Below the pieces are notes generated by a model. That model did no database searches, was not told where the DNA came from, and was given only the letters and a program-made list of their open reading frames with translations. Below are positions 54,676 to 63,428 of a stretch of DNA of 64,000 nt, in pieces. The stretch covers positions 203-64,202 of the forward strand of contig JBOGKW010000001.1 of NCBI GenBank assembly GCA_050746205.1, in the 5' to 3' direction. How positions within the stretch are numbered: position 1 is the first letter of the stretch; the number at the start of each line of letters is the position of its first letter. The position numbers and the translations under genes are program-made. This DNA comes from Terriglobales bacterium. Lineage in GTDB: Bacteria > Acidobacteriota > Terriglobia > Terriglobales > SCQP01.

Positions 54676-55797
54676 CTAGGGCATGGCCTGCGCTAGCGCC
54701 ACGCCAGCGGCGGCCGGCCCCTGCCCACGGACGGAAAAGATGACGCCGTCGCGCACCCAGCTCAGGGCGTAACTGCGCGGCCAGCGGCCGCGGGGGGCAA
54801 AGCGGACCAGGATGCCCTGGACGCCGTCCACAGGGATTTGGGTGTAGGTGGATTGCGCCTCCGGAATGGGTAGCACCAGGGTGGAGCGCCAGTTGACGGT
54901 GCGGCAGAAGGCCGCCGCCTCATCCGCGCTCATGCCCGCGGCTTGCAAGCCGATCTGGGCCAGCGTTTCCAGGTTGAGGCTGGGCGGCACGCTGATGATG
55001 GGCGAGGGCAACTCGCGCAGCAGCGTGCAGCCGGCCACCGCCCGGGGTTGGGCGCCGCAGGTGCCGTAGGCGGCGCGGACCGAGGCGGGGATATTCACCG
55101 CCACCAGGGCGCCGGTGTCGGCGGGCGGAATTTGCAGGTCGGGCCGGCCGGCGGCGGCCAGGACGGAGTCCAGGCGCTGGGCGTCGAGCGTCATCTGGAA
55201 GGCCTGTTGGCCGAGGACGGCGATCTGCGCGGGCGCTGGGACGCCGAGCGGCAGGCGCACGGCGAAGCCCGCCCATTGGCTGGCCTCGGCACCGGAGGCG
55301 GCCAGCCGCGGCGGGACGGCGGGGATGGTCACCGTTACCCGCTGCGCGATCATTTGCCGCAGCAGCACGCCGACCTGACGCTCGCTGGCGGGGGAGAGCT
55401 CGGGCGGGTTAACGGCGACCACGGTGACCTGATGAATGCGCAGCACGGAGAGGACATTCGCCGCCCAGCTGCGCGCCTGCGGAAGGATGGCCAGGGCGAG
55501 CAAAATGACCACCGCCGCCGCCGGCGCCCACAGCCAGTCCCGCCGCGGCGGAGGTGGCACGGGACGATGGACCCGCGCCAGCACCGCGGCCAGCGTGGCG
55601 GTGGCGTCGCCGTCACCGAACGCCGCCGGACCTGGCGCCGCCAGCGCCAGGGCCACCCTGGCGTTCGCCGCCAGGCGTTCGCACCGCTGTTGGCAACGGA
55701 GGCAGGCCTGCCGATGTTGACGCATGGCCTCCGCCTGGGCGGCGTCCACCGTTCCATCCAGTTCCGCTCTCCATTCACCGTCGCTAGGACAACGCAT
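54676..55797 (-). CDS. Anti-sigma factor (zf-HC2) with a large extracytoplasmic domain
   Basis: N-terminal HxxxCxxC motif (HRQACLRCQ) and a single TM segment (LWAPAAAVVILLALAIL). It overlaps the upstream ECF sigma gene by 14 nt. Confidence 0.7.
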   Translation of the reverse strand: MRCPSDGEWRAELDGTVDAAQAEAMRQHRQACLRCQQRCERLAANARVALALAAPGPAAFGDGDATATLAAVLARVHRPVPPPPRRDWLWAPAAAVVILLALAILPQARSWAANVLSVLRIHQVTVVAVNPPELSPASERQVGVLLRQMIAQRVTVTIPAVPPRLAASGAEASQWAGFAVRLPLGVPAPAQIAVLGQQAFQMTLDAQRLDSVLAAAGRPDLQIPPADTGALVAVNIPASVRAAYGTCGAQPRAVAGCTLLRELPSPIISVPPSLNLETLAQIGLQAAGMSADEAAAFCRTVNWRSTLVLPIPEAQSTYTQIPVDGVQGILVRFAPRGRWPRSYALSWVRDGVIFSVRGQGPAAAGVALAQAMP

Positions 55798-56398
55798 TGC
55801 ACCCTCCCTGGTCGTCTGCCGCGCTCTTGCTCTCCCGTACGCCGGCGCTCGGCGGCGCAGCGGTGCGCGGGTAGGCGCGGGCGAAGGCCGCCTCCGCCCG
55901 CGCCAACATGGCGCCGACGGAGGTCACGCGCACGCCGAGGTTTTGAGCGATTTCCTGGTACGAGCCGCCAGCGTAGCGCAGCCACAGCAGTTGCGCCTGG
56001 CGCCGCGGCAGCCGCGCCAAACAGGCGCGGGCCCGCGCCTGGCGTTCGGCCGCCAGCGCCGCCTGCTCCGCGTCGGGGCCGGTGGCCGGCGGCGCCTCGC
56101 GCGCCGCCGCTCGTTCATATTTGTCCTGCCGTTGCTGGCGGCGCAGCAGGTCAATCGCCGCCCGTCCAGCCACGCGATGCAACCAAGCCGCGACCTGCTC
56201 CCGCTCCGGCGGGGGATTGCGATAGAGGCGAACGAATGCCTCCTGGGCCACATCCTCGGCCCGCTCGCCGACCAAAAGGCGCAGGCGGGCCGCGAGCCGT
56301 GGGTAGTGAGCCGTGAACATGGCCTCGAACTCGCCCGGCGTCCAGGACGCCGACTGGGAGGCGGCAGTCCAGGCGGCAGGTGTGGCTTTGCTGCTCAT
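55784..56398 (-). CDS. ECF (sigma-70 family) RNA polymerase sigma factor
   Basis: Region 2 reads FEAMFTAHYPRLAARLRLLVGERAEDVAQEAFVRLY. Region 4 reads LPRRQAQLLWLRYAGGSYQEIAQNLGVRVTSVGAMLARA. Confidence 0.9.
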   Translation of the reverse strand: MSSKATPAAWTAASQSASWTPGEFEAMFTAHYPRLAARLRLLVGERAEDVAQEAFVRLYRNPPPEREQVAAWLHRVAGRAAIDLLRRQQRQDKYERAAAREAPPATGPDAEQAALAAERQARARACLARLPRRQAQLLWLRYAGGSYQEIAQNLGVRVTSVGAMLARAEAAFARAYPRTAAPPSAGVRESKSAADDQGGCNALS

Positions 56399-56457
56399 GA
56401 TGGCTTTCGCGGTCTATGGCAGTAACGCTGGCCGCGGTCAAGTTGTGACACTTGGGG

Positions 56458-56718
56458 CTACAGAAACTTCGCGCGTTGCAGGCTGACGGCCTCGACGCGG
56501 GTTTCGCCGGGGTTCAGGTAACCCTCCTGAAAGGCCAGGCCATGGTCAGCTAGCCAGGCCTGGGCGATGCTCGCCAGGACATGGGCGCCGCGGCCGTGAA
56601 TGATGCGCAGCCCGAGATGCCGCTGGCGGGCTTGGCGGGCGCGGTCCTCCAGGCGCTGGCGCACGGGCGGCCCTTCCGGCAGCAAGCCGTGCAGGTCGCA
56701 ATCCAGGTAATCCGGCAT
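56458..56718 (-). CDS. Smr-domain protein
   Basis: 86 aa from the ATG at 56718 (MPDYLDCDLHGLL...LRIIHGRGAHVL...). The LDLHG-like and HGxG motifs match small MutS-related (Smr) domains. Confidence 0.7.
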   Translation of the reverse strand: MPDYLDCDLHGLLPEGPPVRQRLEDRARQARQRHLGLRIIHGRGAHVLASIAQAWLADHGLAFQEGYLNPGETRVEAVSLQRAKFL

Positions 56719-56924
56719 GGCTGCGATCCAATATTGCGTCCCCAGCTTCCGTGTCGCCGCCGGCCGCGGCGAATGCCACGGCGCGCCGTCTCGGGGTCGC
56801 GCCGCACCCGCCGCGCCGCGCACGGAAGCGTCAGCGTCATCAGTAGTAGCATACGATTACGGAAATCGAAACGCCGCATGCTCGCTACGGACGCGGCCCT
56901 GAGCCCGCCGAGGCGGCCGGCCAG

Positions 56925-58259
56925 CTACTCGATGCGGTAGAGGGTTAGACCACTGAGCAGCTTAGGGAAAAAGTCGGTGGACTTTTGCGGCATGACGGCG
57001 CCGGACAAGGCCACGTCGCGCACCGTCCGCGGCGCCACCGGCGCCAGCAGGAAGGCCGCCTGGCCCTGCCCCTCCCACACCGCGCGCACCGCGGCCTGGG
57101 CGTCGCGCTCATAACGGATGTGCTGCCCGGCGCGCACCGCCTCCGGGGTGATCCCCAGGCCGCGTTGCAGTGCCAGCTCATGCAGCAGCAACACCGCCAG
57201 GTGGCGCTGCTCGGGGTTGTATTCGGGCAGCTCGCGGGCCAGGTCCACGCCGGACCGCAAAAGAAACAGCCATAAGCCCGGCCGGCCCGCCAGCGCCGCC
57301 AGAAACGCTGGCCGATGTTCGGCCTCCGCCGCCGCCATCTCCGCCTCCAGCCTGGGCCAGACCGAGGGCCACCCCGCCGCGCTCACCGGCCGCTCCTGCA
57401 GCTCGAACCATGCCCGCATGCGCTCCAGGAACGCGCCCGCGTCCCACCCGGCCACGCCGTCCACGACACGGTGCGTGGGCAGCACCACCAGCCCGGGCGC
57501 GTCCAGGTTGATGAAGGTCATCATGGCGTAATCCCAGGGGGCGGGGTCGCGGGCGTAGTGCCGCAGCCGCTGGTGTTCTTCCTGGCTCCAGGCCAGCGCC
57601 GTCTCATAGCGGTGATGGCCGTCGGCGATCACCAAGGGGCGAGGCGCCAGGGCTGCTTGCAGCCGGGCGATCACACCGCCGTCGGCTTCGCGGAACAGGC
57701 GGTGACGGGTGGCGTATTCGTCGGTGGCCTCCAGCACCGGGCTCCGTGCCCGGGCGAACAGCTCCGCCTCGGCGTGCCCCTCCGGGTCGCTGTAGAGCAT
57801 GAAGATCTGGCCCAGATGGGTGCGCGTCGCCCGCAGCAAACGCAGGCGGTCTTGCTTGGGGCCGGTCAGCGTTTGCTCATGCCGGTACACGACCTTGCGT
57901 GCGTAGTCCTCCAGCCGCCCCAGGGCGATAAACCCCCGGCGCGTTTGCGTGGCGCCGCCGCCGGGCAGCTGAAAGCTCTGTTCATAGGGATAGAGGGCCG
58001 GTTCCGGATCGCGGCGCAGCACCCCCTCGCCGATCCATTGCCGCAGATAGCCCTCCGCGCGGGTGTAGACGTTGTGGTCTTCGCCGTCGCTGGACAGGCT
58101 CTCGCCCAGGATCACGCGCACCAGGTTATGCGCCTCGCTTACAAAATAGCGGCGCCGCATCTCCGGTGTGATTTTGTCGTAGGGCTGGGTCAGGACGTCT
58201 TGCGCCCGCACCGCGCTCAAGTCGTAGCGGTAGGCGGCAAAAGGCTGGATTTCGGCCAT
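56925..58259 (-). CDS. DUF1015-family protein
   Basis: The N-terminus MAEIQPFAAYRYDL...VLTQPYDKI, ...IADGHHRYETAL... and the length (444 aa) are typical of DUF1015. Confidence 0.85.
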   Translation of the reverse strand: MAEIQPFAAYRYDLSAVRAQDVLTQPYDKITPEMRRRYFVSEAHNLVRVILGESLSSDGEDHNVYTRAEGYLRQWIGEGVLRRDPEPALYPYEQSFQLPGGGATQTRRGFIALGRLEDYARKVVYRHEQTLTGPKQDRLRLLRATRTHLGQIFMLYSDPEGHAEAELFARARSPVLEATDEYATRHRLFREADGGVIARLQAALAPRPLVIADGHHRYETALAWSQEEHQRLRHYARDPAPWDYAMMTFINLDAPGLVVLPTHRVVDGVAGWDAGAFLERMRAWFELQERPVSAAGWPSVWPRLEAEMAAAEAEHRPAFLAALAGRPGLWLFLLRSGVDLARELPEYNPEQRHLAVLLLHELALQRGLGITPEAVRAGQHIRYERDAQAAVRAVWEGQGQAAFLLAPVAPRTVRDVALSGAVMPQKSTDFFPKLLSGLTLYRIE

Positions 58260-58307
58260 CGTTGGTTCTCTTGTCCTGCGGGCGGGCGGGCGGCCCGGCG
58301 GGGCGGC

Positions 58308-59522
58308 TTAGCGGGGCAGGGCAGCCACGAACGCCGCCGTGCGGTCCAGTGCCGTGGCCAGGTTTTCCATCGAGTTGGCGGCGGAGATGCGGATGTAGCC
58401 TTCGCCCCCCGGCCCGAACGCCGCGCCGGACAGAACGGCGACGCCGGCTTGCTCCAGTAGCCCATCGGCGAACTGCTGGGAACTGAGCCCAGTGGCGCGG
58501 ATGTTGGGGAACAGGTAAAAGGCGCCGGGCGGCGTCAGGCAGCGCACGCCGGGGATTTGGTTCAGCCGCTCGACGCACAAGTCCCGCCGCCGCCGGAACT
58601 CCGCCACCATGGCCGTCACCGGCTGCTGGTCGCCGGTCAACGCCGCGATCCCGGCGATCTGGGTGAAGGTTGCGGTGCAGGAAACCGTGTTCGTCACCAG
58701 CGCGTTCATGGCCTGCGCCAGCGGCGGCGGCATCACGCCATAGCCCAGCCGCCATCCGGTCATGGCGTAACACTTGGAAAACCCGTCCATCAAGATGGTC
58801 CGCTCCTTCATGCCCGGAGCGGAGAGGATGGAATGGTGCTCGCCGCCGAAAGTGATGCGGCGATAGATTTCGTCGCTGAGCACCATCGCCGGGCTGTGCG
58901 CCACCGCCCGCGCCACGCGGGCAATGTCCTCGGGGGTGAGCATGCCGCCGGTGGGATTCTGCGGCGAGTTCAGGATGACCAGCCGCGTGCGGGAATTGAT
59001 CGCCGCCTCCAACTCGCCGATGTCCATGCGAAAATCGCGGTCTTCGCGCAGCCGGATGGGCCGCGGCGTCGCCCCCAGGTAGCGCACCAGGGAGGCGTAG
59101 ATGGGATAACCCGGGTCGGGGTAGATGACCTCCGCGCCCGGTCCCGCCAGCGCCGTCAGCGCATAAAACACCACCGGCTTGGCGCCGGGCACCACCACCA
59201 CCTCCTCCGGGTGCACCGGGACGTGATGGCTGGCGGCGACGGAGGCCGCGATCGCCTCGCGCAACGCCGACAATCCCTGCGTGGTCGCATAATGCGTGTG
59301 CCCGTCTCGCAACGCCTGGACGCCCGCCTCCAAGATGTGGGCCGGCGTGGGAAAGTCCGGTTCGCCAATTTCCAGATGAATGACGCTTCGCCCGTCCGCT
59401 TCCAGGCGGCGGGCCCGCGCGAGCACCTCATAGGCGCCTTCTCCGCCCAAGCGGGCGATGCTTTCCACCAAGGGTGGGGTGAACGCGGCGGCGACCGGCG
59501 GTGCAGCCTCGGCAGTGTGCAT
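58308..59522 (-). CDS. Class I/II pyridoxal-phosphate aminotransferase (aspartate aminotransferase-like)
   Basis: The ATG at 59522 gives MHTAEAAPP..., with the PLP-lysine motif DGFSKCYAMTGWRLGY. The 756-aa track ORF is an antisense extension across lexA. Confidence 0.9.
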   Translation of the reverse strand: MHTAEAAPPVAAAFTPPLVESIARLGGEGAYEVLARARRLEADGRSVIHLEIGEPDFPTPAHILEAGVQALRDGHTHYATTQGLSALREAIAASVAASHHVPVHPEEVVVVPGAKPVVFYALTALAGPGAEVIYPDPGYPIYASLVRYLGATPRPIRLREDRDFRMDIGELEAAINSRTRLVILNSPQNPTGGMLTPEDIARVARAVAHSPAMVLSDEIYRRITFGGEHHSILSAPGMKERTILMDGFSKCYAMTGWRLGYGVMPPPLAQAMNALVTNTVSCTATFTQIAGIAALTGDQQPVTAMVAEFRRRRDLCVERLNQIPGVRCLTPPGAFYLFPNIRATGLSSQQFADGLLEQAGVAVLSGAAFGPGGEGYIRISAANSMENLATALDRTAAFVAALPR

Positions 59523-59645
59523 ACGCCTTATTCTACCGTTCGCTCTCCGCCTGCGCCGTAGCGCCCACGGCGGAGCGCCCACGCCCGCAACGCCAGGGCC
59601 TCCGGCCGGCTTGTCTTTCGCCTTTTGTTCGCCTATGCTCAGGGC

Positions 59646-60287
59646 ATGCGTGGTGGCGGCTCGCTGACCCGGCGACAGAAGCAGGTGCTGGATTTTCTGC
59701 GCGACTTCATCGGCACCCAGGGCTATGCGCCCAGCTTCGAGGAGATCGCCGCCGGGCTGGGGCTGCGCTCGCTGGCCACGGTGCACAAACACATTGCCAC
59801 GCTGAACGGCAAAGGATATTTGCGCCACGGGCCCAACCGCCGCCGGTCTCTGGAGGTGCTGGATCCGGCCTCGCAACGGCGCCGCGCCCGCCGCCTGCGC
59901 GCCGAGCGGCACGCCCTGCCCCTGCTGGGCCGCATTGCGGCGGGCCGCCCGATCGAAGCGGTTGAGACCCGGGCGACCATCTCGCTGGCCGACGTGGCTC
60001 GCGGCCGGGAGGTCTTCGCCTTGCAGGTGCAGGGCGACAGCATGGTGGATGAGCACATCGTTCCCGGCGATTACGTCCTGGTCGAGCCGGCAGCCCAGGC
60101 CACCGCGGGGGATTTGGTGGTGGCCCTGGTGGACCAGACCGAAGCCACGCTCAAGCGCTATTACCCGGAGGCCAACGGCCTGGTTCGCCTCCAGCCCGCC
60201 AACGCCGCCATGTCGCCGCTGCGCTATCCCGCCGCGCGGGTGACGGTGCAAGGCCGCGTCGTCGCCGTCCTGCGCACGCGCATCTAG
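59646..60287 (+). CDS. lexA: LexA repressor
   Basis: Winged HTH (LTRRQKQVLDFLRDFIGTQGYAPSFEEIA), Ala-Gly cleavage site (GRIAAGRPIEA), and catalytic Ser (VQGDSM) and Lys (EATLKRY). Confidence 0.9.
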   Translation: MRGGGSLTRRQKQVLDFLRDFIGTQGYAPSFEEIAAGLGLRSLATVHKHIATLNGKGYLRHGPNRRRSLEVLDPASQRRRARRLRAERHALPLLGRIAAGRPIEAVETRATISLADVARGREVFALQVQGDSMVDEHIVPGDYVLVEPAAQATAGDLVVALVDQTEATLKRYYPEANGLVRLQPANAAMSPLRYPAARVTVQGRVVAVLRTRI

Positions 60288-60294
60288 GCGGCGG

Positions 60295-61749
60295 CTATCG
60301 GCGGGGTGCCAGAAAGCGCCGCAGCCGCGCCAGCGACCGTGCCCGCCCCAGCACCTCCAGGCTCTCCAGCAACGGCGGCGAGGCACTCGTACCGGTGATG
60401 ACGGCGCGCAGCAGCATGAACACCTCCTTCGCCGTCCAGCCGGGCTCCGCCGCCAAGGTCCGCAGCGCCGCCTCGAGCGCCGCCGCCGTCCAATCCCCCG
60501 CCTCCAGCCGTTCGGCGATCTGCGCCACCATCTTGCGCGCCTCCGGCTCCGGATGCTTCTTTGGCACCCAGACCTCAAGCGGCGGCGCCACGTCCTCGCG
60601 GAAAAAGAAGTCCGTCAGGTCGAAGAACTGTCCCAGCGTCTCGATCCGTTCCTGCGCCAGCGGGCAGATGGCGCGCAGATAGTCATCGCCCAGCGGGCCG
60701 TTCCGCACGGCGTCATAAAACGCCTCGCTGGTCAGCCCGCGCAGATACACCCCGTTCAGCCAGCGCAACTTCTCCAAGTCGAAGACCGGCCCTCCCAGGC
60801 TGATGCGCTCGAATTGAAACCGCTGGACCATGTCCGCGAAGCCGAACCGCTCGGCGTCCTTCGCCTCCGCGCTCGGCGCGGGCATGCCGCCACCGAGCAG
60901 TCCCAGAAAGTTGACCATCGCCGCGGGCAGAAATCCAGCCTGGCGGTAATAGATCAGCGAGACCGGGTTTTTCCGCTTTGAAATCTTCGATCGGTCCTGG
61001 TTGCGCAAAAGCGGCATGTGCCAGAACCGCGGCAGTTCCCAGCCGAAGGCCTGATACAGGAGGACGTGTTTGGGCGTCGAGGAGATCCATTCCTCGGCCC
61101 GCATCACGTCGCTGATGCCCATCTCGTGGTCATCCACCACGTTGGCCAGATGATAGGTCGGGTAGCCGTCGCTTTTCAGCAGCACCTGGTCGTCCACGTT
61201 GTCATGGTCGAAGGTGATCGCCCCACGCAGCTCATCCCGAAAGGTCGTCGCCCCGGTCTCGGGCACCGCCAGGCGCACAACGCAGGGTGCGCCCGCCGCC
61301 ACCCGGGCCTTCGCCTCCGCGTCGCTCAGCCGACGGCAGAGCCGGTCGTATCGTGGGGGCAGCTTGGCCGCCATTTGTGCCCGGCGCATCTCCTCCAGCC
61401 GCTCGCCGCTGCAAAAGCAGCGATAAGCTCTTCCCGCCGCGAGCAGCTGCTCCACCTTTTCCCGATACAGCTCCGTGCGCTCCGATTGCCGGTACGGCCC
61501 GTAGGGCCCGCCCACATCCGGGCCCTCGTCCCAATCCAGCCCCAGCCAGCGCAGCGAGTCGAAGATCATCTGCTCGCTGGCTGCCACGAAGCGACTCCGG
61601 TCCGTGTCCTCAATGCGCAGTACAAAGCGGCCCTGCCGCTGGCGGGCAAAGATCAGGTTCATCAGCGCGATATACGCGGTTCCGACGTGCGGATCCCCGG
61701 TCGGGCTGGGGGCGATGCGCACGCGGACCGCGGCGTCGGAAGCGGTCAT
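60295..61749 (-). CDS. gltX: Glutamate--tRNA ligase
   Basis: VRIAPSPTGDPHVGTAYIAL (HIGH-type motif), RIEDTD and KISKRK (KMSKS-type motif). Confidence 0.95.
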   Translation of the reverse strand: MTASDAAVRVRIAPSPTGDPHVGTAYIALMNLIFARQRQGRFVLRIEDTDRSRFVAASEQMIFDSLRWLGLDWDEGPDVGGPYGPYRQSERTELYREKVEQLLAAGRAYRCFCSGERLEEMRRAQMAAKLPPRYDRLCRRLSDAEAKARVAAGAPCVVRLAVPETGATTFRDELRGAITFDHDNVDDQVLLKSDGYPTYHLANVVDDHEMGISDVMRAEEWISSTPKHVLLYQAFGWELPRFWHMPLLRNQDRSKISKRKNPVSLIYYRQAGFLPAAMVNFLGLLGGGMPAPSAEAKDAERFGFADMVQRFQFERISLGGPVFDLEKLRWLNGVYLRGLTSEAFYDAVRNGPLGDDYLRAICPLAQERIETLGQFFDLTDFFFREDVAPPLEVWVPKKHPEPEARKMVAQIAERLEAGDWTAAALEAALRTLAAEPGWTAKEVFMLLRAVITGTSASPPLLESLEVLGRARSLARLRRFLAPRR

Positions 61750-61849
61750 TTTGTCAGTCTAGCAACCCGGTGCCCCGGTCCCGTCCACACCGCCGCATAC
61801 CGTGGGTCCGACGGCGATGAAGCGCCCGCGTCAATCCGGATGCGGAGGA

Positions 61850-62308
61850 TCAGGCGCCAATCGCCGCCAGCACCTCTTCCGCATGCCCCTCCGGCTTGAC
61901 CCGGTCGAAGATTCGCTCGATGTTCCCGTTCGCGCCGATCAAGAAGGTCGTCCGCCGCACCGCCATGAACCTCCGTCCGAACATGCTCTTCTCCTTCAGC
62001 ACGCCGTAGGCCGCCGCCAACTGCCGATCCTCGTCGGCCAGCAGCGGAAACGGAATCTTCTCCTTCTCCTGAAATTTCTTCTCTTCTTGCGGTGGATCTG
62101 GGCTGGCGCCCAGCACCACCACCCCGGCGGCTTGAAAGCGGGCATATGCGTCGCGGAACCCGCGCGCCTCGACGATTCACCCAGGTGTATTGGCGCGGGG
62201 GAAAAAGTACAGCACGACGCGCCGCCCCGCGTGTTCGACCAGCGTCACCACCTGGCCATCTTGATTCCGGACGCGAAAGTCCGGCGCCTTGGCTCCAATC
62301 TCAGGCAT
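61850..62308 (-). CDS. bcp: Thiol peroxidase Bcp/PrxQ with in-frame UGA (predicted selenocysteine) at the peroxidatic position
   Basis: The frame of track ORF 61850..62122 continues upstream through a single TGA (62179-62177) to the ATG at 62308. It reads MPEIGAKAPDFRVRNQDGQVVTLVEHAGRRVVLYFFPRANTPG-TGA-IVEARGFRDAYARFQAAGVVVLGASPD..., 152 codons. It is collinear with E. coli Bcp ([23 protein letters not shown]), and the TGA falls on the Cys of TPGC. Confidence 0.8.
62148..62167 (-). promoter_or_regulatory. Candidate bacterial SECIS hairpin
   Basis: The mRNA reads UGA AUCGUCGAG GCGCGCGG-GUU-CCGCG(A)CGC. This is an 8-bp G/C stem with a bulged A and an apical loop containing GU. The stem starts 9 nt after the UGA and the loop starts 17 nt after it. 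Confidence 0.5.
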
Positions 62309-62392
62309 GCCCAGAGTGTACCAATGCGGCCCGTCTACCCCGTGTCCCGCAGGCATCGCCGCGATTGTCCAGGCGGGAAGCCCTGGGCGGCC

Positions 62393-62659
62393 TTAGGCCG
62401 CCTTCCCGCTCGTCGGTCCGCGATCGAGGCGGTCGCGCAGCAGGATGGTCCGCTTTTGCTCGTACTCCTGCACGCTGATCTCCCCACTGGCCAGCCGCCG
62501 GCGCAGAACCTCAAGCGGCGTCTCCCGGTAAATCCGCGTTCGCCCGCCCAGCGGCGTCCACCAGGCGAAGGCCAGAATGATGATTACCACCCAGACGATC
62601 CACCAGATCCACCACCAGCCCCAGCCGGCATACGCCTGCACTGCCGCCAATGCCATCAC
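62393..62659 (-). CDS. SHOCT-domain small membrane protein
   Basis: Trp-rich TM N-terminus (GWGWWWIWWIVWVVIIILAFAWW) followed by LEVLRRRLASGEISVQEYEQKRTIL (SHOCT). Confidence 0.7.
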   Translation of the reverse strand: MMALAAVQAYAGWGWWWIWWIVWVVIIILAFAWWTPLGGRTRIYRETPLEVLRRRLASGEISVQEYEQKRTILLRDRLDRGPTSGKAA

Positions 62660-62747
62660 CTTGGGCCCCTAGATGGAACGATGCCCGCTCCAGGGCTGGC
62701 GGCCCGAGGGCGGGCGCGGCGCGCCCGGGGCGGCGGCGCGATCGGGC

Positions 62748-63419
62748 TTAGGCTCTGGGTGGTGAACTGCCCGCCATGGCGGCCGATTGCGCCTCGAGCC
62801 GCCTGGTGGGGACGGCCGCTTCGGCCGCGGCGGGCGCCGAATCTCGGGTCATCCGATGGGTATAGAGAATGCGATGGATCACGGTGATATTGCTAAGCAC
62901 GGCGATGACCCACAGCACCGCCGCCATGCGCCGGAACAGCGCCCCGATGATGACCAGCACAATCCGCTCGGGACGTTCCATGAACCCCACCTTGCAGGAG
63001 GGAATCACCGCCTCCGCCCGAGCGCGCGCATAGCTGACCATCACCGAGCCGGTCATCACGACCCCGACCAGCACCACGTAGAAGAACCGGTTGATGCGCG
63101 CGTAATAGACCAGCAAGCCGAAATACAGCGCCAGGTCCGAGTAGCGGTCCACCACGGAGTCAAAGAACCCGCCGAACCGGCTCACGGTGTTGGTGGCGCG
63201 CGCCACCCGGCCGTCCACCATGTCGAAGATGCCGGCGATGATGATCACCACCCCCGCCTGCCAGAACTTGCCGTAGCCAAACAGCACGGCCGCGATGACA
63301 TTGATGCCCAGCCCCAGCGCGGTCAGCAGGTTGGGATCAATGCGCGCCAGGGCGAGGGAATGCACAATCCGGTCCAGCAGCGTCTTGCAGGCTAGGCCGA
63401 TGGCTTTGGTGTATGTCAT
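62748..63419 (-). CDS. CDP-alcohol phosphatidyltransferase family protein
   Basis: Motif DMVDGRVARATNTVSRFGGFFDSVVDRYSD, which fits D-G-x2-A-R-x8-G-x3-D-x3-D. Confidence 0.9.
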   Translation of the reverse strand: MTYTKAIGLACKTLLDRIVHSLALARIDPNLLTALGLGINVIAAVLFGYGKFWQAGVVIIIAGIFDMVDGRVARATNTVSRFGGFFDSVVDRYSDLALYFGLLVYYARINRFFYVVLVGVVMTGSVMVSYARARAEAVIPSCKVGFMERPERIVLVIIGALFRRMAAVLWVIAVLSNITVIHRILYTHRMTRDSAPAAAEAAVPTRRLEAQSAAMAGSSPPRA

Positions 63420-63428
63420 CGCCCCGCG

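Noticed and set aside
59523-59645. Search for a LexA operator (SOS box) in the lexA/aminotransferase divergent spacer
   Set aside because: I saw no CTGT-N8-ACAG, GAAC-N4-GTTC or GTTC-N7-GTTC type site. There is only a CGCCGT-N7-ACGGCG hairpin and a loose direct repeat (TGTCTTTCGCC / TGTTCGCC). I do not know the LexA motif of this lineage, so I make no call.
59523-60578. N-terminal 350-aa extension of the aminotransferase ORF (track ORF 58308..60578, 756 aa)
   Set aside because: The extension runs antisense across the entire lexA gene and is Arg-rich junk. The aminotransferase homology begins at the Met encoded at 59522.
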